In this document: in pieces, positions 54,845 to 64,000 of the stretch
Position numbering within the stretch: position 1 is the first letter of the stretch
Layout of the letters: every line of letters starts with the position of its first letter
From: Flectonema sp. DT1601
Taxonomy: Eukaryota
Length of the DNA: 64,000 bases
Assembly: GCA_964019425.1 (NCBI GenBank)
Contig: OZ025794.1
Location: forward strand, 434,001-498,000
Direction of reading: 5' to 3'
The notes under the pieces: generated by a model
The model's database searches: none
What the model saw: the letters and a program-made list of their open reading frames with translations, nothing else
Told to the model about the DNA's origin: nothing
Program-made: the position numbers and the translations under genes

Positions 54845-57800
54845 ATGTTAGAGCGTGTGGTGGGATTGTTATGTTGTGCTATTAGCCTCAGCGCAGTTGC
54901 TGTGCCATGTCCTGATGTAGAGTATACGTGTAATGGTGAGGTAAGAACAAAGTCCAATTTAGAAAGCTTTGACTTCTTCCAATCCGAGGTAATTGGTTTG
55001 ACATTTGCACTTCATGAGAAAACAGCTATCAGCCGTCTGGTCAGTCTTCACGAAGATGAAGAAGAAGAAAGGGTAACTCCATTAATACCCGAAATATTGC
55101 CATTAGAAAGATTGATATCATCACAACAACTTAAAGAATGTATTGCGTGCGACAAAACATCTAATTGTAAACCAGGATATGACTGCATTCAGCAATGTTG
55201 TATTAAAAAAGGAACCTCAACTTCTCTCAGGTGTGCTGATGATGAACTCCGACTACTTCAGAGTCAGGGATACAGCTGTTCTAAAATAGTCGATGTGTTG
55301 GGATGTGATACAAGTTTATCTCATGTATCACCATTTATACCTGGAGGTATTCCTGTTTATCAACTTTGTCCTTATTCATGTGCTCGTTGTGATTCATTAG
55401 ATTTGATTACTAGAAATCCGAAGTGCCAAACATGCACAGGATCAGGAAAAAGACATCTAACTTGTACATCAGAAGGAATATCATTTGAGACAGATTGTCT
55501 TTGGAGTCTAGCTGAGTGTGTTGCTGAAGTTTATGACAGGAAACATGAACTAGTAGCTGTTGGTGAGAAATGCAGCGCTTCAGGATACGGAATCATATCA
55601 GGAATTAGAGCTGGAACTATAACAGTAATTCCTGTTGATGATCATGTTGAAAAAGTTCTCTGTATTGATGGATCACTTCCTGAAGTACACTGTTCTCCAC
55701 GGGATTCTAAAAAACCAACACCAAACTCATCACTAGTACGCAAATCAGAACCCCCGAATAGTCTTTTATGGAACTCAGCAGTAAATGGAGAGAGGTTGAA
55801 TGGCGGTCAAGGTCTCTACAATCTTTCACAGGTCGTAGACTCTTCTCCAGGTTTTATTAATGAGAAGGTGAGCTCAGCAGTTCTCGGTGCCGGAATGCTA
55901 ATCCGTTTTAATATAATTCGAACCAATCAAATAGCGTCTGTGGCGATACTCACTCCGCGGAAACAATCGAATGCCATATCAACAACAACTGTTTTAGAGG
56001 ACCAATTTATTAGAAAAATTCTGCTCAACTATACGGATGAGGATCCGCAAAACTTCTACTCCGTCGTTGTGACTTCAAATGGATGGGCTTTCAATGTCTC
56101 GTCATCAACTGTTGTGAGAGATTTTAGAATGATGAGCGACGGCAGTGCAATCTCACCATCAGCCATGACTGCGGAAATGTTTTCAACCGCTAATGTTACC
56201 ATCAAGTATCTACAGGGTAGTGTATCTGGACCATTTCCGTTCATTGGAACAGCGACAGAATTTCTTATTTTTAACAAAACAAATCAATCAGCTGTGACCA
56301 ACTCCTGCACCTTATCAGGTGACTTGTATTGTGATGAAATAAATAGTTGTTTGTCTCAAGAGAATATTGGAAAGTGTCCGGCATCTTCAAATCGTTGTTC
56401 GGGTTCAAGTTTTATTTACTGTGATGGTAAGTGTCAGAATAACCCAACTGGAAATAGATGTTCTGAAAAGGTTGTTGACATTTGGGGAACTCTCAGTAAA
56501 GTACTAACAGCCTTTCACTGTGATGTAAAAGGTGGAATAAATAGTATCGATAGTATTCCTTATTGTATTGACGGATCAGCTAAACGAATGCTTGAGATAC
56601 AACTCGAAGACCAATCCTCTTCAGAATCACTTGTTCCTGCACAACGTTTATCACTTATAATAGATAGAAATACCATAATATCTGAATACAATGGTTGGAG
56701 GTATCCTCAACAACGAGTTGGTCAATTAGTCACATCTGGAGCCATAGTTCGTATGCAGGTAAAAACTCAAAGTTCTAATAAAGAACTCCGCCTGGTATCA
56801 CTAACAGTATTCGCAAAAAAGGAATGCGTTGATGACCCTGGTGGATTATTCAAAAGCCAAGGTGTTAACTGTCGAGCATTCCTCCCCCTGGGATGTGAAT
56901 ACGACCTCTCAGAATATAGTAATGCAGTCTTACCAGGAACCCCTTTAAAAGATCTCTGTCCAGCAACTTGTAATCAATGTGGAGCAGGTGGACCTTCCGC
57001 TGACATATGTAAGGAAGACGGATTAGACATTTGCATCAGTTTCTTAAAGGGAGCAGGCTGTCCAGGATATCTTGAAGAATGGCAACCAACAGCATCGATT
57101 GACTGCTTGTCGTACAGATTTTGTCAAAGAATTCATGAAGAGATCGCAAATTTATGCAACCCAAGTAATCACGTTCCTGAAAAGCCTTGTAATATTGCTA
57201 AACAGAAAGCAACAGATATAGCAATAACTAACTACATCCCACAATGCAGTAGTGATGGAATGTCTTGGATTGCAATGCAGTCATACAGAGATGGTTCTAA
57301 ATTTTGTGTTGATGTTCACACAGGAAATAGAAAACCTGGAACTACCATCCCAGCAGACAAGGAATTATCATGTGGAGCACCTCAAGATTTAATCGACTCA
57401 AATTATTGTAATTCAAGGGTGTGTGTTAGTGCTAATTGTCCCATACCGAAATGTGCTTTAAATGAATGTGCTGAGAGAGGATTTGATAGCGATTGTTGTG
57501 TTTATCGCTGTCGAGAACTCTTACGACCTATTGACTTATCAACTATACCAGCATCAAATGATGATAGGAGACTCTACACGAAATCACTTATGAGAATCTT
57601 TTATCAATCCGGTGGTGAGCCTACACCAGCACAGCTAAAAGACCTACACGCAAGACTTGTAGACACTGTTCCTGATTTGCAAGCTGAGCGACTGACGCTA
57701 ATTCCATTGCCGTCAGCTTTGGAGATTGATATCTCTCCCAGTAATAAATACTTTAATGGGAATTCTGTAGTTAAAGAACACGAAGTTGAAAAGAAAATTC

Positions 57801-59572
57801 AACAATTAGAAATTGAACAGTACCAGGTAATAGCTGCGATTGAACTTTTGTTTGATACCAACGTCATTCATAAACTCTATGGTAAACCACTTTATAAACA
57901 AATATCACGCGAGAAGAGTATAGTAAAAGTCGGAATACTAAATAAGAAAAGGTTTGAGTATCATGCTGATTTTGGAAAAATAGGAAAAGTAACTTTTGAA
58001 GGTGAGGAGGGTTCATCAACGAAAATAAATGTAAGTTTAGACTTGACTTCTGTTTCTAATAATCAACAAACTGTAGAGTGGGCAATATACCCTCCTGTAG
58101 GAGAAGGCTGTCCAATACCAGATCAACGAGTATGGGACCCAACTGGCACTGGAGAGAACACTTTATGCCATGAAAGTGATAGCGAACGTTGGATTTGGTG
58201 TAGGCTAGGTGACTTGTCCAGTATGTCTATTTTTCTTTTTTTGTACCTACAAACCTATTGTTCGGCAGAAAGAGAATTGTGGCAGCGTAACTAACCTTTG
58301 CGCACAAACAAAATAAAAGTGAGAGTGAGTAAGTAAAAAAGTGAAGTTTGCCGATTTTTTTTTTTTTGTTTTTTTCAATAACAAAAAACAACAACACAAC
58401 ACAGAAAAACACGGTGTTCTACCTGCAGGTCAGATCGGAACAAAAGATTTCATAAGAAACGATTGGACACTCCCATTAAATGGCTGGGCATCAGTAGTTG
58501 GAATGGTTTTAGTACTTGGTCTTGATCCTCCTCTGTGTGCAACAATTGGACCACAAATGAAACCTCAATTAGTAGCACGTTTTAATTTTAGTTTATCAGG
58601 AAGTATCGAATTTAGACAGGACTTTGAAGGTCATGATACACAAGTGTTCTTTGCGATGTCATTCTATGAGATAGATTTTGAAGAACACGTATACAAAATA
58701 AAAATATACAACGGAAGACACAGCACAAAAGGGTGTCCTAAATTATCCGATACAGAACTGTTCAATCCATTTAATGTTGATGTTGCTCAAGAGGATCAAT
58801 GTGTTTCTGGTCTTTCAACTGAAGATCCGTTTCATTGCAAGTTAGGCGACCTAACAAATCGATACGGAAACTATGCTTTTAAAGTTCCAAGTACTGTCTC
58901 TATCACTGATCAGTATCTTGATACAATTGGTCCAGAAACAGCTCTTTTTCCAAGAAATGTAAGCGACTTTAGAGGTAGACACGTTCAGGTTGTTAGTATG
59001 AATTCTGGTATAGTCATTGACTGTGCTAATCTTGAAGTATTCGGTGTTGAACCAGTAGTGGAAGTAGAAAAAAAGCTAAGCGATACAACCGGAGAAATGA
59101 TGAATTGGGTTATTCTGGGTCTCGCTATTATTCTTGGTATGTTGAATTGTAATGTTTGTGTTGCAGGGAGAGGGGGAGAAAAAAAAAAAAAAAAAAAAAC
59201 ACCCAAAAACAGGACTGGTCGTAGTCTGCATTGTTGTTAAAATAGCTCTTTGTTGTTCTGGTGATCCAGAAGATAAGAAACAAGAAACGAGAGCATTGAC
59301 TTCTGATGCTGCTCCAGATCCAGCAACCACAACACACATGCTTGAGTCACCATCAGGTGGTGATGTCCAGTTGGTATGTTTCTGTTTTTTTTAAAAAAAA
59401 AAACATAACAAACGTATCTTTGCTATAGTTATATATAAAACAGAAAGCGGAACCAGTCACGGTTGCCGATGTTGAAGTCGAATTGGAAATGTCCGAAATC
59501 TCTGGCAGTGATGGAGGCACAGATAAAATAGGAACACCAGACCTCAATGCCTATATTGAACCGGAGGAATAG
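54845..59572 (+). CDS. Cys-rich type I membrane protein: ShKT-like x2, Kazal-like, thyroglobulin type-1, two Cu/Zn-SOD-like folds, TM (~1465 aa); exons 54845-58220, 58405-59136, 59213-59373, 59444-59572
   Basis: Signal peptide; C.DD...C...LGC...LCP.SC..C twice; YIPQCSSDG...FCVD..TG; CRLGDLS|KKHG and CKLGDLTNRYG; TM split by intron 59137-59212. Other introns are 58221-58404 and 59374-59443. Confidence 0.82.
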
Positions 59573-59846
59573 CCATCTTAACTTCTGGTGATGTTTACGA
59601 ATCGAAAAAAATCGATTTTTTTTTTCGTCCATCTCAGTTTGTCTTCCCCACCGAAATATAATCCGTGGAGAATAAAACCGTGTTCTTTTTTTTTTGTACA
59701 CTAACAACTTATAAAAAATTGAGGGACAATTCTGAGAGCATCTTTCTGGATACTTAGAACGCAAGTGATGACACTTCGTTGCCGTAGCATGAAATGGAGA
59801 AAATAATAATTAAAAAAGACGTTATAATCTCGTCGTTGTAGAATAT

Positions 59847-59884
<38 letters not shown>

Positions 59885-62292
59885 TTGTTATTCATCATTT
59901 GAATTATTTTAACCTATTTTCTCTTGACTTACCAAAAGACAAGTTAACGTGTATTTCACATCTTGAATGCGTGTTCTTTATGGCTTCGTACCCAAGGGGT
60001 ACATTTCGATGCTTGGGGTATTTGCCTGTTGCATTTAATCACTCTACTTCTTTTTGTTTTTGGTTATTTTTCGTTCTGTTTTGTTCAGCTGCTCCACCTA
60101 CCTTTCCCTTCATCGTCTGACTCATACTTATTGCCAGGGAGACTTTTTTTTTTGTTTCGTTCATTTGTTTTTTCGGTTTAATTTTCCCCACAAGAGTACA
60201 CACAGCATTGCGATAATGTACTCATGCAAAGCAGTCTATTTTTCCCTCTTTTATCTTCTTAGCTTTAAGGATGCCTTAAGGACTGATGTGCAAAAAAAAG
60301 AAAAAAATAAGGAACCAATCGATTACCAATATCGACGCTAAAATCGTAACTTAAGGTAACGTTGCTACTTCCACTTCCTCTTGTAATGAGCAGCACCTTT
60401 TGTGTCGAACTCTGGTTTGTCTTATCTGAGTTGGATTGATTTGACTTTATTTCCGTTGCCCACATAAATTTTCTTTTTTTCGCCATTGCCTGACCCACTC
60501 ACCGTGCACAACAACACCGACGGATGGGATGATCAATGGAATCAGCCAAGCCGGAAGGACTTCTTGGGGGGACCTTTGATACGATACGAAATTGGGGGGA
60601 CGGGGGAAAAAATCCTTTGTAGTGTGCAACGAAAAGGAAGTTTGGGTCCAACAGAGAATTTCTCATTCATTTATTTTAGTTTCTTATTTGAATCTTGTTC
60701 TTACCAGCAATGACTGTCAGTTCATCTATCCCTTCAAAGTCAGTCACCTAAATAAGGATACCTGATAGCGTTGACAGGACAAAAAAAGATTTTTTTTTCT
60801 CTTTCGCATGCCGCTAAGGCGGCGATGGTTTAATGTACAACTGAGACTTGACGCAGCTGACCTTGTGCTGTTTTTCTTTTTGTTTTTCCCCTTTTTTCTG
60901 TTTACTATCGTCATGGAAGGAACAGCTCCTTCGGTTACAATAATTCATGGAAGACAAATATTTCGTTTGCTTTAATCGATTCGTGACTGTTGTAGTAATA
61001 CTCCTTATGAATGAATCTCGTTGCTTCACTGAGAGCGCTGAGAGCGGGTTGTTCTCAATAACTGCAAAGTCGGGGAATAAAACCGTTGTCGTTGTTGTTT
61101 TAGAAATCCACAAGAAAAAGCAAATGCCTAAGGCAATCCAACGATTGATTTGTTGTTGCTGTGGATGATTACATGTGGATCAAAAAAAAAAAAAAAAAAA
61201 AATAAATAAATAAAACTCGGTTTCTCCTTATGGAGAATAATAGCTTCTCAGGGTCTATGCGGAACTTAGATTCATTCACGGAGGGAAACAAAGAATCATC
61301 ATCAGATTATCACTACTGACGGCCGTCATCATGTAGTGTCTGGTTTATTCCCGTACATCTTGTCAGTGACTACTCACATGAAATGGTGTGGCTGCGGAAC
61401 AGCTCAGAACAAGCGAAGAAAACTGCACTCGGTGAACCAAATACAATTTCTTTTTTTTCTTTTTTTGATGCGTTACAAAAGTGCCTTCGATATGACAATC
61501 GCGTAGCATCTTTCTTTATTGTGTTCTCATTGTGTTTTTTTGAGTATCATTAATTGATGGTTTATTTAAAGGAGGAAGTTATTGTTTCTCCTTCTCTCAA
61601 ACTAAATAAGAAATCAGCTAATCGTACCTGTTGTGAATACAAGACAGACATGAGAAGTCACATTTTTATTTTATTTTATATTCGAAAAACAGGTCTTCTT
61701 TGTGCCAATTGTGGGGGATGTCTTTTTTCTTTTTCTTTTTTGTTAGTTTTACTTCCCTCTTTAATTCGGATCAGACAGCTTTTCTCCTTATGGCGATCGT
61801 CTCTTCTTCTTCAAAAATAAAATAAAATAATAGTTACCGTACTCCCTTAGCATATCAAGGAAGGAAGTCCTTCTCGGAGGTAATCACCTTTTTGCCATTC
61901 AATTCGTGGCTTCGCCCAATTGTCTGGCCCACGGTTGCCTTCCTTGTTGCTGATTCAGCTAAGCAGCGCCTTCGTCAGTCTAGACTCTTGTTGTAGTTCG
62001 CTACTACTGCACTGGTTCGGTTCAATGTATTGTTTTTTTTCCTGATTTGTGAGTATTTTCAAAGCAGGAGGGGAAAGGGAAAAAAAAAAAAAAAAAAGGA
62101 TGCTCCTCTTTTCCCTCATGCCTCCTTTTTCTTTATTCGGTCTCTTTTACGAACGAGTTAAATATTATTAATGCAGTCGTGTAATCTCATTCGTTATCTA
62201 ACAGTAAACTATAACACAGATGAGATAAAGTATTTTAAATTTCAATAAACAAGAAGCTATTATCTTTCTTAACAACTTCATTCACTCAGTAG

Positions 62293-63759
62293 ATGAGTGA
62301 CCCGTTCCGATGGCCAAATACTCACCTTCGAGAAGGAAGAATAAATTCAAAAAGAAGACGACTTCGGAACACATGTGACATGGTTGGAGTTGATCGTTAT
62401 GGTGGGTTCACAAGAGGATTTGTGAATGGTGAGATGAATTTTTTAACTGGAAAACAGAAATTGTTTGAAGGACAGCAATCAGCTGGTATTTCAATGCAAA
62501 CATCAATCCATTTAAAGAGATCTGTTTCACCAGTAAATATGAAAGTCATATCCCCTGCTGCAAGACTGACTACAGTGACTGAAGCAGCAGCACCCACAGC
62601 AGAGTATCATTTGGAGAAGTCATTTATCGCAACAAAGCCGACATCAATTAGTTATTCAATACCACAATCACCTAGAGAATCTAAGACTAAATGCATTTCA
62701 TCAAATACTAATCGTTTACAAGAAGTAACAGACCATCAGTCTAGCTATTGGACAACGACATCGATGAGTCAGAAATCATCTCCTTTTAGTTTAGCTATTG
62801 GTAGATGTGCTCCTCAATTCTTTCAAATTCCTATTGCCGGAAAAGACTCTCTCCGACCTAAACAGTTTTCTGCAAAGGAAGACGACGTCGACTACAAACC
62901 AATTCAAACTGAAAAAGAAAGAGAGCCGACTACTTCAGGAATATATTGGAATAGCTTGAGGGATGTTAACAGTGTAGCAGACTATTATGATGTTGCAAAG
63001 ATGTGGGAGAAGGAAGAGCCAAAGGAAACGACTGATACGCCAGCAGGGAGAGTGAGGAAACAAGGACTATCACTAACGGTAAGCCCAAGCACAGCAAAGT
63101 TAAATGGAGGCGGGTCATCTGGTGAGGCGGATGATGGAAGCGGTTGCGTCGCATCCATGTCAAATATACAAACAGAAGTTGAAGCACGAGCTGCAGCGTT
63201 TGCTAAACTCGGTTGGCGTGACACCGCTGCGGGTGATAAAGAAGAACGACTCCGCCGTCGTCGAATTCGTGGCCATGACTTTGCCATTTCTTCTGGAAGA
63301 AGTAGCCCTTTGTTCTTTTCAAATGTTCCAAATCAAACTGACTTACAATACAATTCATGTTCTCATCATCCTTTTATAAATCTAGGCAGCCATGGCAAGG
63401 CTCAATGCTGCCAACCCCTTGGCCGAGTCACAGGAAGACAAAAGCCCATCAACAACTGCGGACTTGATGTCAACCGTCTTCTTTCAAAGTATAAAAATAA
63501 ATATCGAACGTTACCAGAATGTAATTTCGATCTGACCGTCAACAAGGAAGATGATATTGTAATGAACCCATCTTCTCTTACAATAAATATAAACAAGTCT
63601 ATTAGTGAGGTATCATGGGCAGCAGGGCCATCGATGAATATTGGAATGCATACAGGAAGACATGTTGAAACACTTGGAACTTTACAGCAGAGAACGAAAA
63701 TGAAAAAAACTGTTGCTCCTGAATTAAAGTCTTCAGGAGCTTATCAAATATCCCGATGA
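62293..63759 (+). CDS. Hypothetical protein (488 aa)
   Basis: Long ORF on the common strand with coding-like composition; acceptor ...cttcattcactcAG at 62289; no domain recognised. Confidence 0.7.
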   Translation: MSDPFRWPNTHLREGRINSKRRRLRNTCDMVGVDRYGGFTRGFVNGEMNFLTGKQKLFEGQQSAGISMQTSIHLKRSVSPVNMKVISPAARLTTVTEAAAPTAEYHLEKSFIATKPTSISYSIPQSPRESKTKCISSNTNRLQEVTDHQSSYWTTTSMSQKSSPFSLAIGRCAPQFFQIPIAGKDSLRPKQFSAKEDDVDYKPIQTEKEREPTTSGIYWNSLRDVNSVADYYDVAKMWEKEEPKETTDTPAGRVRKQGLSLTVSPSTAKLNGGGSSGEADDGSGCVASMSNIQTEVEARAAAFAKLGWRDTAAGDKEERLRRRRIRGHDFAISSGRSSPLFFSNVPNQTDLQYNSCSHHPFINLGSHGKAQCCQPLGRVTGRQKPINNCGLDVNRLLSKYKNKYRTLPECNFDLTVNKEDDIVMNPSSLTININKSISEVSWAAGPSMNIGMHTGRHVETLGTLQQRTKMKKTVAPELKSSGAYQISR

Positions 63760-64000
63760 GGGATTTCAACCATATTGACCTTATAATTAAGCCCAACTAC
63801 ACTATTATTTTATTCTGATTACTCTCATCCAAAAGGTGGGAAAACCGTTTTGTTATTTGTTAGCAGAGCAGAAGTCTGAAATTACTTTCAAGGCGGGCTG
63901 CTCGCTAACACAAAATAAATAACTACTACTTCACTATGTCACTGTGATAAACTGTTTTTTTCTCTTAATTATCAGGCTCTGAATACACAAAAACATGGCC

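Noticed and set aside
61900..62020. GC-richer intergenic patch, possible snoRNA or structured RNA
   Set aside because: No convincing C/D or H/ACA box arrangement by eye; needs a covariance-model search.

Overview
AT-rich eukaryotic (protist) nuclear DNA. About 20 protein-coding genes all lie on the + strand, head-to-tail, often only 100-400 nt apart. A pyrimidine-rich AG sits just upstream of most start codons. This organisation resembles euglenozoan polycistronic clusters with SL trans-splicing; frequent cis introns suggest a diplonemid-like lineage (inference). I reconstructed 19 short GT-AG introns (62-315 nt) by hand, and every spliced CDS closes in frame. The introns have GT(A/T)TG donors, U-rich 5' parts and A/C-rich, non-polypyrimidine 3' ends, the opposite of the putative trans-splice acceptors. 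Genes: TPR protein, a 49-aa D/D-domain microprotein missed by the ORF track, RRM-RRM-CID protein, AMMECR1, ankyrin protein, Arl8, DeSI/PPPDE, a giant EDR1-kinase with a 130 x 15-nt repeat, a PAS-only protein with a 15-nt microexon, a 3776-aa ankyrin-anoctamin, LeuB next to BCKDH E1-alpha, an LVIVD/mucin/DOMON-like surface protein, a pseudo-caspase-IQ-multiTM protein, a Cys-rich pseudo-SOD surface protein and several hypotheticals. No rRNA, tRNA, CRISPR or transposon was recognised. Domain calls come from motif recognition by eye, not database searches.
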